This document shows positions 1 to 9,289 of a stretch of DNA of 64,000 nt, piece after piece. The first letter of the stretch is position 1. Each line of letters opens with the position of its first letter. The notes under the pieces were generated by a model that saw only the letters and a list, made by a program, of their open reading frames with translations, was not told the origin of the DNA and did no database searches. Position numbers and translations under genes: made by a program. Source of the stretch: Oligoflexia bacterium (lineage in GTDB: Bacteria; Bdellovibrionota; UBA1018); NCBI GenBank assembly GCA_963758495.1, contig CAVWVI010000003.1, positions 544,001 to 608,000 of the forward strand. Reading direction: 5' to 3'.

Positions 1-482
1 TAGAGTGAGTTAGAAAGCTCCTGAGATTTAAAGCTTTTAATTAAATGAATCGCCTGACTCTGCCAAGCCGCCAAAAAATCATCTGTGGGATGAATTCCTA
101 ATCCTGAAAATGCATAGAGTGAGTTAGAAAGCTCCTGAGCATTAAAACTATTCATCTGACCTAAGGCAGATTTCAGCCAAGATTGAATAAAAGAATCTGG
201 GATAGAATGAATGCGTCGAGCTTTCTTAAGCTTTGCTAAAGAATGTAAACTCATAGCTAGGTTAATTTTATTAAAACGAGGTAATAATGGAGTTACTCTG
301 CCAAACCAGGCCTGAACGTCCTGGTCCTTCACTCTCCATGGATTTTGAGACATTTCACGAATCTCATATGACACATCACTAGGCCGTTCAATACTCCAAG
401 CGGGTGTAAGTAAATTTAAGCCACTTCCCAGTGTAATACACAGAACCAGCAGGGAAATCATTTCCCTCATTAATTTCTTCAT
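1..482 (-). CDS. OPR-like repeat (RAP-family) protein, paralog 2; 5' part only, runs off the window edge
   Basis: ATG at 480-482 reads MKKLMREMISLLVLCITLGSGLNLLTPAWSIERP...FNAQELSNSLYAFSGLGIHPTDDFLAAWQSQ. It is near-identical to the N-terminus of 633..2243, and the upstream DNA is also duplicated. Confidence 0.85.
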   Translation of the reverse strand, partial: MKKLMREMISLLVLCITLGSGLNLLTPAWSIERPSDVSYEIREMSQNPWRVKDQDVQAWFGRVTPLLPRFNKINLAMSLHSLAKLKKARRIHSIPDSFIQSWLKSALGQMNSFNAQELSNSLYAFSGLGIHPTDDFLAAWQSQAIHLIKSFKSQELSNSL

Positions 483-632
483 ATTTTTCGATCTCCCTGA
501 TCTTTTTCTGAGCAATACCAGTGATAATGAAATTAAAGTCTACGCGGATAACGGGAATTTAACAAAAAAATTAAATAGTCTGCGGAATCAGACAAACTTA
601 AAAGCCTGTGTGAAAAAAACTCACAAATCCCA

Positions 633-2243
633 TCACACTCCGTTTTGAACTTGATCCAAAATGCTCTTGAACTCTTTCAGTCTCTCCGTTTGGGATCGAT
701 CCTTTATTCTCTCCCAGTCTCGGTAACTGATTCGTATGACCTTCCAGCCTTCATCACGAAGAATGAAATCAAGCATTTGATCTTGGGCACTCAAGATCTC
801 CTGGCCATTTCTTAGTTGGAAGTGATGCGGACCGTCAAATTGAATAATTAACTTGGAAGAAGGTACTGCAAAATCAACATAGCTCGCAATAGCGTCACTC
901 CAATACTCTTCTCGCAAGTCCTGAGGATAAAGAACTCGAATATCGTTACCAACGGCCTTCTGAGTTTTGGATATTGTGACTCCTTGGGCCTTAAACCTAG
1001 AAGAAGCCTCCTCCAAGCGACGAATGATCGGAAAAGGCATAAGAATTTTGAATCTTGCAAATAAAACTCTCCTAGCTAAAGAAAGCTGATGAAGCTCTGC
1101 AAGATTAAAATCTCCAATTATCTTTAGAGCGCTTTTCTTCCAGGCTTCTAAGTAATGCTCTGTAGGCTGAACACCTAAAACTGAAAATGCATAAATTGAA
1201 TTAGAAAGCTCCTGAGATGTAAAGCTTTCAATAGAATGGATTGCCTGCGTCTGCCAGACCTCTAGGAAGTGATCTTTAGGATGAGTGCCTAAAACTGAAA
1301 ATGCATAGAGTGAATTAGAAAGGCCCTGAGACTTAAAGCTTTCAATAGAATGGATTGCCTGCGTCTGCCAGACCTCTATGAAGTGATCTGTAGGATGAAT
1401 TCCTAATCCTGAAAATGCATAGAGTGAGTTAGAAAGCTCCTGAGAGTTAAAGCTTTTAATTAAATCAATCGCCTGACTCTGCCAAGCCGCTAAAAAATCA
1501 TCTGTGGGATGAATTCCTAATCCTGAAAATGCATAGAGGGAGTTAGAAAGCTCCTGAGAGTTAAAGCTTTTAAATAAATGAATCACCTGACTCTGCCAAG
1601 CCGCTAAAAAATCATCTGTGGGATGAATTCCTAATCCTGAAAATGCATAAATTGAATTAGAAAGCTCCTGAGATGTAAAGCTTTTAATGGAATGAATTGC
1701 CTGACTCTGCCAAGCCGCTAAAAAGTCATCTGCCGGCTGAATTTTTAATACTGAAAATGCATAAAGTGAGTTAGAAAGTCCCTGAGATGTAAAGCTTTTA
1801 ATGGAACGAATTGCCTGCGTCTGCCAGACCTCTAGGAAGTGATTTGTGGGATGAATTCCTAATCCTGAAAATGCATAAATTGAGTTAGAAAGCTCCTGAG
1901 AGTTAAAGCTATTGATTTGACTTAAGGCAGATTCCAGCCAAGATTGTATAAAAGAATCTGAGATGAAATGAATGCGTCTAGCTTTCTTAAGCTTTGCTAA
2001 AGAATGTAAACTCATAGCTAGATTCATTTTACTAAAACGAGGTAATAATGGCGTTGCTCTGCCAAACCAGGCCTGAACGTCCTGGTCCTTCACTCTCCCT
2101 GGATTTTGAGACATTTCGCGAATCTCGTGTGCCAAATTATTAGGCCGTTCAATGCTCCAAGCGGGTGTAAGTAAATTTAAGCTACTTCCCAGTATAATAC
2201 ACAGAACCAGCAGGGAAATCATTCCCCTCACTAATTTTTTCAT
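633..2243 (-). CDS. Secreted OPR-like (38-aa) repeat protein with C-terminal RAP domain
   Basis: Signal-peptide-like N-terminus (MKKLVRGMISLLVLCIILG...TPAWS), 7 near-identical 38-aa repeats, and a RAP-like C-terminus (YVDFAVP...IIQFDGPHHF...LRDEGWKVIRISYRDW). ATG 2243 is preferred over TTG 2276. Confidence 0.85.
   Translation of the reverse strand: MKKLVRGMISLLVLCIILGSSLNLLTPAWSIERPNNLAHEIREMSQNPGRVKDQDVQAWFGRATPLLPRFSKMNLAMSLHSLAKLKKARRIHFISDSFIQSWLESALSQINSFNSQELSNSIYAFSGLGIHPTNHFLEVWQTQAIRSIKSFTSQGLSNSLYAFSVLKIQPADDFLAAWQSQAIHSIKSFTSQELSNSIYAFSGLGIHPTDDFLAAWQSQVIHLFKSFNSQELSNSLYAFSGLGIHPTDDFLAAWQSQAIDLIKSFNSQELSNSLYAFSGLGIHPTDHFIEVWQTQAIHSIESFKSQGLSNSLYAFSVLGTHPKDHFLEVWQTQAIHSIESFTSQELSNSIYAFSVLGVQPTEHYLEAWKKSALKIIGDFNLAELHQLSLARRVLFARFKILMPFPIIRRLEEASSRFKAQGVTISKTQKAVGNDIRVLYPQDLREEYWSDAIASYVDFAVPSSKLIIQFDGPHHFQLRNGQEILSAQDQMLDFILRDEGWKVIRISYRDWERIKDRSQTERLKEFKSILDQVQNGV
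1110..1907 (-). repeat. Seven tandem 114-bp coding repeats (F[NTK]SQ[EG]LSNS[IL]YAFS[GV]L...)
   Basis: Read directly in DNA and protein; period 114 bp / 38 aa. Confidence 0.95.
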
Positions 2244-2420
2244 CTTTTTTGATCCCTCTGATCTTTTTCTGAGCAATACCAGTGATAATGAAATTAAAGT
2301 CTACGTAGATAGGAGAAATTTAGCAAATAATTGCTGAATAATATGCGAAGTTAAGATTCCGACCTATTGCTCTGTTCGCGGACGTCTAGATTGAAACAGT
2401 CCTAACTCTTTACTGAGAAT

Positions 2421-4320
2421 ATTTCAATCCACAGGCCCGCGAAGGGCGCGACCATGCAATTCAATTCGCGAAGCTGATATTAAAAAGTTTCAATCCACGC
2501 GCCCGTGAGGGGCGCGACCAGTCAGAGTAATAGACATCCACTTTTTTCATCGTTTCAATCCACGCGCCCGCGAGGGGCGCGACTTGCTTTAAAACATAGG
2601 CGTCAAGCTGATCAAATGTTTCAATCCACGCGCCCGCGAGGGGCGCGACCCGCTTGCATCAACCGCTTTTTCTCATTTTGAGGTTTCAATCCACGCGCCC
2701 GCGAGGGGCGCGACTCGATATTACTGATGGACATAGGATACATACAATGTTTCAATCCACGCGCCCGCGAGGGGCGCGACGTGTTCCTTCGGATCTTTGG
2801 GCGGGAGAAGCTGACGTTTCAATCCACGCGCCCGCGAGGGGCGCGACAGAGACGATGGCCGCATAGTGAGTTTTGATAATGGTTTCAATCCACGCGCCCG
2901 CGAGGGGCGCGACTCACTAACTCGGACGGGATACATTAACCATAAAGTTTCAATCCACGCGCCCGCGAGGGGCGCGACTTAGCGATGGTGAGCTAGGTGG
3001 ATATATTGAAAAAGTTTCAATCCACGCGCCCGCGAGGGGCGCGACCCGATCAACCCGATCAACTCGCCAATGCTATAAAGTTTCAATCCACGCGCCCGCG
3101 AGGGGCGCGACGTTACGGCGGGAATACTTCAGCTTCGATTGCATGGTTTCAATCCACGCGCCCGCGAGGGGCGCGACGTAGAACAACTGTTACCGGCGGA
3201 TTTTCAAGAGAGTTTCAATCCACGCGCCCGCGAGGGGCGCGACTTTCAGCACTCCTAGACTATTAACTAACTGACTAGTTTCAATCCACGCGCCCGCGAG
3301 GGGCGCGACAGATATAAAACCACGCATGAGCTTCGTAATAAGTGTTTCAATCCACGCGCCCGCGAGGGGCGCGACTCAATCATCTTGGGCAGCTTACGTT
3401 TCGTGAAAGTTTCAATCCACGCGCCCGCGAGGGGCGCGACTTGCCTAGTGACTTAACCCCTCCCCATACTTTAGGTTTCAATCCACGCGCCCGCGAGGGG
3501 CGCGACAGTTGCATAAAAATACGTCATACTGATCCTCGGTGTTTCAATCCACGCGCCCGCGAGGGGCGCGACTTAATTCCTTGGTCTGCCAAAGATTTAA
3601 GCTCAGGTTTCAATCCACGCGCCCGCGAGGGGCGCGACATCGAGTGCAGAACTCATTCAAGCAACCGCTCGAAAGTTTCAATCCACGCGCCCGCGAGGGG
3701 CGCGACCTTCGGGAGGAAATTTACAGGTCAGCGATATCATGTTTCAATCCACGCGCCCGCGAGGGGCGCGACCTCAAGCCGGAAGAGATATAGAAGCAGC
3801 TTGCTAGTTTCAATCCACGCGCCCGCGAGGGGCGCGACGTTTGGGATTTAACTTGCCTAAACTTAGTATCATTGTTTCAATCCACGCGCCCGCGAGGGGC
3901 GCGACCGGTGGAGATGGCGCAGGAGATGTCACCTACGTATGAGTTTCAATCCACGCGCCCGCGAGGGGCGCGACAGGACATCCCGCGTTTTATCTTGTGC
4001 CGCATTCCTGTTTCAATCCACGCGCCCGCGAGGGGCGCGACCGCCGACCATTATCAATGCTTGCGACTTCCGATGACATGTTTCAATCCACGCGCCCCGC
4101 GAGGGGCGCGACCTGAGCGGCGTCAGCGTTATCGTGAGTTAATCATTGCAGTTTCAATCCACGCGCCCCGCGAGGGGCGCGACCCATCGTGATTTACATA
4201 ATGAGCGTTGTAGATCCCAATGTTTCAATCCACGCGCCCGCGAGGGGCGCGACGAAATGAAGTACTGGTGTATGGGCAATTCATGATAGTTTCAATCCAC
4301 GCGCCCGCGAGGGGCGCGAC
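2421..4320 (-). CRISPR. Type I-C CRISPR array, 29 repeats / 28 spacers; repeat GTCGCGCCCCTCGCGGGCGCGTGGATTGAAAC
   Basis: 32-bp repeats counted from 2421 (degenerate trailer copy) to 4289, with spacers of about 33-38 nt. The ATTGAAAC 3' end, the degenerate left copy and the adjacent cas2/leader imply minus-strand transcription. Confidence 0.99.
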
Positions 4321-4490
4321 TCCTTAATGCTAAGATCATAAAATAACACAAAATTTCAAAGACCCATCGCTAATCGCGACTTCTATTTCAATAAAAAACA
4401 AAAAAGAACGACCACCGACGTATAAACTATTGAAATCATTAAAGCGCTAATCACTGGCACTAATGATGTCTCATTGAGGTTAGCGAAAAA
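4321..4490 (-). promoter_or_regulatory. CRISPR leader
   Basis: AT-rich non-coding stretch between cas2 and the first intact repeat, with repeated CGCTAA/TTAGCG motifs. Confidence 0.8.
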
Positions 4491-4781
4491 TTATAAAATT
4501 AACGTGTCCTGGAAATCTGTTGCTTTCTTGGTACCGAAATGCTCTACTTTTGACTTCCAATTGCTTCCAAGATAGTAAAAACGCAAACTGTCTTTTTCTA
4601 CGTCATATTCTTTGAGTAACCTTGATTTTAACATTTCCCATTGGGTTGGGTCCACTTCACATTCAAATACAGAACATTGAACCCTCTGACCGAAATCTTG
4701 ACATGCTCTAGCTATTCGCCTCAATCTGCGACTCCCTGCCAAGTTTTTTGTTTCTACATCATAAGTAATTAACATTAGCAT
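4491..4781 (-). CDS. cas2: CRISPR-associated Cas2
   Basis: MLMLITYDV...RLRRIARACQDFGQRVQCSVFECEV...DSLRFY. Confidence 0.98.
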   Translation of the reverse strand: MLMLITYDVETKNLAGSRRLRRIARACQDFGQRVQCSVFECEVDPTQWEMLKSRLLKEYDVEKDSLRFYYLGSNWKSKVEHFGTKKATDFQDTLIL

Positions 4782-4786
4782 AGGTA

Positions 4787-5818
4787 TTATTTAGATAAAA
4801 ATGCTGGATAATGATTTAAGTCGCCACGAATCGTCCGCGCTAACAGTAGAGCTTGCAAATGAATAACAATACCGATTGGTGCCTTTTCTCCGAGAAAAGG
4901 GTGGATTAATTCTTCCTTTTTTTTCTCTTGCCAAGCAACTAAAATTTCTCTTCTGACTTTATCATCAATTTGTACCGCACCCGTTTCAGAAATTTTAAAT
5001 CCTTCGGAACCAACCTGTTTAAGATTAATCAAACTCAGAACGAGACGATCTCCCAAGACTGCCCGAAATTCCTCCACCAAATCCAGCGCTAAACTAGGTC
5101 GACCTGGGCGGTCTCGATGCAGGAACCCTGCCTGAGGATCTAATCCAACCCCTTCAAGAGCCGAACGACAATCATGAGTAATTAAAGAATATACAAAAGA
5201 AAGCATAGCATTCAGTCTATCTAACGGTGGGCGACGACTACGAGTCTTAAACAAAAAATCTTCCTTTTGGCAGGTAATTAAATTGTTAAAACACGAAAAA
5301 TATTCGTCGGCTGCAGCCCCCTCTATTCCTCGTAATCGATCCAAATCAAATTCCATACCAGACTGCTCCTGCATTCGCCCCATTCGAAGCACAGTGCCCT
5401 TTAAAAGCTCCTTTGAATCACATTCAGAGTAATTTCTTAGATGCCTTTGTAATACCGATCGACTATTAGCAATTTTCGCAGCGACTATTGCTTTTGCAAT
5501 TAAAACAGACCGTTCCGTTAAATCAGATATTCGATATTGTTCCTTACGAAGGAGTATATTTCCAGAAACGGGTCCTTCTACTCGGGCTAAGAATTTACCA
5601 AATTCTGAAAAAAAACTGATCGATACACCACGTTCAGCACAAAAAGCCATCGCATATGGAGAAATCCATATAGGCCCAAATACCATCAACCCCTGAAACA
5701 TGTGAATTGGGAACTGTCCGAGTTTTTTTTCACCGGCCTCTACCACCAAAGTTTCATTTTCCTTACGTACACGTGAATTTTCAGTAGTGATATAGAGAAT
5801 ATTCAACAATTTCTTCAT
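4787..5818 (-). CDS. cas1: Type I-C Cas1
   Basis: MKKLLNILYIT; LRGIEG; RSRRPPLDRLNAMLSF; GFLHRDRPGRPSLALDLVEEFR. Confidence 0.98.
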   Translation of the reverse strand: MKKLLNILYITTENSRVRKENETLVVEAGEKKLGQFPIHMFQGLMVFGPIWISPYAMAFCAERGVSISFFSEFGKFLARVEGPVSGNILLRKEQYRISDLTERSVLIAKAIVAAKIANSRSVLQRHLRNYSECDSKELLKGTVLRMGRMQEQSGMEFDLDRLRGIEGAAADEYFSCFNNLITCQKEDFLFKTRSRRPPLDRLNAMLSFVYSLITHDCRSALEGVGLDPQAGFLHRDRPGRPSLALDLVEEFRAVLGDRLVLSLINLKQVGSEGFKISETGAVQIDDKVRREILVAWQEKKKEELIHPFLGEKAPIGIVIHLQALLLARTIRGDLNHYPAFLSK

Positions 5819-6474
5819 AAATCACCCGGTTTAAAAAGACTTTTAAAATAATGATCTGCTCTATTACTATCAGAATTAGGTTGACATAAATCCATCAAAG
5901 AACAATTGCGACATTTCTTTTCAAAAATTGGCAATGGGGTTCTCCCTGAATGAATCAGTTCATGTACATATTTTGCTACTGTTGCTGTCTCAGTGCGGAT
6001 AGCGTCATTCATCTGTACCCATTCACGACGATTTGGCTGGGCATAATAGAGAGCACCCTTAGAAATGGTAAGACCAAACATTTCTTCAAGACAGATTACT
6101 TGTGCACAAAGTTGAATTCTGTCTATATTAGTGCTTTTTTTTTGACCTCGCTTATATTCGATCGGACATGGTTGCCAAAGCCCCTCTCTTCCAGACAATG
6201 AAACTCCCTGTTGCGATCGAAAAAATTCAACAACATCGGCAATTCCACTTAAACCTAAACTATTTGATCTAATCCTCAAGCTCCGTGCAATAAATAGGTC
6301 TTTCCTTTGTTCAGATTGACCAGTATCTACCTTTTCGTGTAAAAGTTTACCTTGAGTCGTTAGAATATTTTCCGCCCAAACTTGCTCAATGTGAATCAAA
6401 GCACATTGCCTCTCACAAAAGGCGTAATGCTGAAGGGCTGAAATAGGTATAAAATCAACTTCAAAATAATTCAC
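5815..6474 (-). CDS. cas4: Cas4
   Basis: ISALQHYAFCERQCALIH; GIADVVEF; PIEYKRG; QLCAQ; CRNCSLMDLC. Confidence 0.97.
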   Translation of the reverse strand: MNYFEVDFIPISALQHYAFCERQCALIHIEQVWAENILTTQGKLLHEKVDTGQSEQRKDLFIARSLRIRSNSLGLSGIADVVEFFRSQQGVSLSGREGLWQPCPIEYKRGQKKSTNIDRIQLCAQVICLEEMFGLTISKGALYYAQPNRREWVQMNDAIRTETATVAKYVHELIHSGRTPLPIFEKKCRNCSLMDLCQPNSDSNRADHYFKSLFKPGDL

Positions 6475-6506
6475 ATCAGAGATGTTCTAAACAATGGAGT
6501 TAGATG

Positions 6507-7364
6507 TTAATAGCCATTAATCTCTTCAGGAATTAAACCGTCAATCTGATCTATTCTATAAGTACCATCTGTATCCACTTTCAGGCTTCCGTGCACTTTA
6601 GACGAGGCACATTTCCCTTCTTTAGAGGAATGCCTCCACCAAATAACTTTAAGTACTTCCATACTGCCTTCTGGGCGGGCAGAAGAGGCGTCATTTTCAA
6701 ATAACTTCGGAAGGATATTTTTTATGACTTCAGCATCTGTATCGCTGAAACCAGTTCGCACGGCAAGTTGCGGATTCATGCTTCCGTAGGTGAGATAGAC
6801 TCCATAATCAACTCGATGTTTCATACCCATAGTATCAGAAGCACGCTTAGATCCATCACCCTCGCCATTTACACTTTTGGTAATCTGAGTGCTGCTTGTG
6901 CTAATTGGTTCAAGGCTAAATGCGGATTGTATCGTTACGGGGCCACGAATTCCAATAGAGACTCCAGTATCTCCCTCAAAATTGGTTTCTTCTTCACTTT
7001 TATTAATTTTTTTTTCATTTTTTTTGAAGGCGAGCAATTGACCAAATGTTCGAACATCCAACCAATTTTCACATGCTAATTTTGCTGTCTCTATTGAACT
7101 TAATTTTCTTCCAAGTTTTTCTTCTACTCTTTGGCGAATACTTTTACAATCATCAACCTTGCGATCATCAGATTGAACTAAAATAGAATGTCCATTTTCA
7201 AGTAATCGATCACGAATTTTGCGTTTGAGGCACACATCGGTTATCTCACCGAATCCTTCGTAGTTCGTACGAGGACGATTACCATTTAAAGGGTCACCAT
7301 TGGGATTTGCGTTTTTTACTCTAAGAATAATCGCAAAATCAATTTTATTTTGTAACGAACCCAT
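6507..7364 (-). CDS. cas7: Cas7/Csd2 (type I-C)
   Basis: NANPNGDPLNGNRPR; TDVCLKRKIRD; DVRTFG; GIRGPV; DTMGMKH. Confidence 0.97.
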   Translation of the reverse strand: MGSLQNKIDFAIILRVKNANPNGDPLNGNRPRTNYEGFGEITDVCLKRKIRDRLLENGHSILVQSDDRKVDDCKSIRQRVEEKLGRKLSSIETAKLACENWLDVRTFGQLLAFKKNEKKINKSEEETNFEGDTGVSIGIRGPVTIQSAFSLEPISTSSTQITKSVNGEGDGSKRASDTMGMKHRVDYGVYLTYGSMNPQLAVRTGFSDTDAEVIKNILPKLFENDASSARPEGSMEVLKVIWWRHSSKEGKCASSKVHGSLKVDTDGTYRIDQIDGLIPEEINGY

Positions 7365-7765
7365 TATTGCTCTCCTTTTGTGTTTTCAGTCTGTAAGTCG
7401 GATTTTTTTCTGTTCAGGTCCTGTCGTTGACAGTGATATCCTAGAAGAAATTCACCATTCAAGCGGACATCGCTTTGATACTCATTTAATTGAAAGAGAC
7501 AGGTGACCTCAGTCAGAAGATTTTTCATTACCTGTAAAAAAGGAGCCCTCTTTGCTTTGAGTCTGGCTTGGTAGGGTACCAAGGAAGTTTCTATATTCTT
7601 CCAAGTTGAAAAAGGACGATCAGCAAATCGCTGCATCAACTTGAATGCAGTAGTGTCACGGCTCTCACCTCCTACATGGAGAGCCCTTTCCTCAAGATGA
7701 TCAGCAATAGCAAGTAGTCGCCCATAGAGGTAGTCTCGGCTTGTTCGATCTGGTTCAAGGGCCAT
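7364..7765 (-). CDS. cas11: Cas11c small subunit, internal in-frame translation from cas8c
   Basis: AAGGAG-7nt-ATG GCC CTT GAA (MALEPDRTSRDYLYGRLLA), in frame inside cas8c, 133 aa. Matches the known hidden-Cas11 arrangement of type I-C. Confidence 0.8.
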   Translation of the reverse strand: MALEPDRTSRDYLYGRLLAIADHLEERALHVGGESRDTTAFKLMQRFADRPFSTWKNIETSLVPYQARLKAKRAPFLQVMKNLLTEVTCLFQLNEYQSDVRLNGEFLLGYHCQRQDLNRKKSDLQTENTKGEQ

Positions 7766-9289
7766 TTGATAACTCCTTTTTTCTTTAGAATTGCGTTCAT
7801 AATAACCTTTGAAAAGTGCGCAAGCAATGCCAAGAGTTTGTTCCCATTCTCTAGGATCTTTTATTCCTACGCGATTACAAGCCCTTCGGAAGACAGACTC
7901 AACCAGATCACGTGGAATTGGGGCTGAATCTAAAATACAAGGCAAAATCCGTTGAATTGTATGTTTTTTTAATTTGTCATCAATACGTTTCGAGAAACAT
8001 GCCTCTGCAATACTACTTGGACTTGGAGCGAAAATTTGCCATAGAATACCTGTTTTCCCTTTTGCTTTCGGATCCAGGAGATGCCAGGAAAAATCAGAGT
8101 GCCAATTTTCGATCCGTCGAAGAAATTCCGAGCTTTGCAATTCCCGGTAATAAACGATAGCTATTCTACCATCACTTGCTGAATCAAGACCTATCACTAC
8201 GATATCCTGAAGCTCTCCTAGTTTCGCCTTATATCCAGCTATCTTCTTATTCAGTTTTAATGCGAAGGTTTGGCCAAAATCAGATTCATTTTTTGAATCG
8301 CTATCCAGTGATTCTCCAAAAAGAATGGAAGTATCAGCAAAGGGATCTGGGATATCTTGGCCACCAGTCGCCCATGAAACAAACACAAGATTCCCGAATC
8401 GCTGGGACTGGCGTTTAATAAGCCACTGAAGCGCATTGTGGATTTTTTGGGAGGCTTCGCTAGACATGCCTACAGCTTGGCTGGCAACACTAAATCTGCC
8501 TCTAAATGTATAGCCCGTACTATCATTAGAAGAGATAAGTTTAGCTCCATCACCACTATGCCGAATTCGACCGGGGTGTTTTGTCGCCAATACTCCCACA
8601 TTCCCAGTTACAAAGCATAAACCCTTCTCGACACACTCAAGCGTTGAGTTATATAGAGTCCAAGCGTCGAACAATGACGGATCTTCCCAGGTAGTAGAGT
8701 TTGGATTTCCTGGTTCCTCTACTCTCCATCTAACAAATGCATCCCCTTGATCCATAGAGGTGGGAAGGACGCTGAAAATTTCATTCTTAAAGACCGCTGG
8801 CTTTTCGCTTTTTGGATTCCACATACAAGCGAGGGTAGCAGGTGAGTCCGTATGAAGAACATTGCAGCCGATTAAGTCAGCTACAACCGTTCCCTTGCTA
8901 ATATATTTAAAAACAGCATTTACTTTGGGGTGATTCGCAACTGGCGAAGACGCCCAGGCTTGTAACTGCTTTGAATATGAGTCGAAGTAAGAATCCTTCC
9001 TTCCACCAAAAGTCTTGTAGTCCTTCGCTATGTATTGAATTTTATCAGAAAGAGGATATGGTGCGTCATTAGCAGTTCGAGTCGCAGACTTTTCTGTGGT
9101 TGGAATAATCGTCTCTATCTTGAGAATGACTTTAGCAGTGTTAAAATTGCCATCTAGATCAATAACAATCTCAATATGAGCATTCTGCAACTTATGGGCG
9201 ACAGGTACTAATATGTTCTTTCCTGTGCTTGTATGAGTAGTATTTGAAACTAAATTGAAGGTTTCATATAATTTTTGGCTCCAACTCAT
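7364..9289 (-). CDS. cas8c: Cas8c/Csd1 large subunit
   Basis: MSWSQKLYET; AKLISSND; SQKIHNALQWL; RDYLYGRLLAIA; FLLGYHCQR; position between cas5 and cas7. Confidence 0.96.
   Translation of the reverse strand: MSWSQKLYETFNLVSNTTHTSTGKNILVPVAHKLQNAHIEIVIDLDGNFNTAKVILKIETIIPTTEKSATRTANDAPYPLSDKIQYIAKDYKTFGGRKDSYFDSYSKQLQAWASSPVANHPKVNAVFKYISKGTVVADLIGCNVLHTDSPATLACMWNPKSEKPAVFKNEIFSVLPTSMDQGDAFVRWRVEEPGNPNSTTWEDPSLFDAWTLYNSTLECVEKGLCFVTGNVGVLATKHPGRIRHSGDGAKLISSNDSTGYTFRGRFSVASQAVGMSSEASQKIHNALQWLIKRQSQRFGNLVFVSWATGGQDIPDPFADTSILFGESLDSDSKNESDFGQTFALKLNKKIAGYKAKLGELQDIVVIGLDSASDGRIAIVYYRELQSSEFLRRIENWHSDFSWHLLDPKAKGKTGILWQIFAPSPSSIAEACFSKRIDDKLKKHTIQRILPCILDSAPIPRDLVESVFRRACNRVGIKDPREWEQTLGIACALFKGYYERNSKEKRSYQMALEPDRTSRDYLYGRLLAIADHLEERALHVGGESRDTTAFKLMQRFADRPFSTWKNIETSLVPYQARLKAKRAPFLQVMKNLLTEVTCLFQLNEYQSDVRLNGEFLLGYHCQRQDLNRKKSDLQTENTKGEQ

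Noticed and set aside
2453..2486. Trailer spacer shares AGCTGATATTAAAA with the lpxB 5' end (~35315-35328)
   Set aside because: Only 14 AT-rich nt match and the rest does not align, so self-targeting is not credible. No other spacer match in the window was noticed by eye (not exhaustive).
2654..4192. ORFs with repeated FQSTRPRGAR / VSIHAPARGAT / FNPRAREGRD
   Set aside because: These are translations of the CRISPR repeats, not genes.
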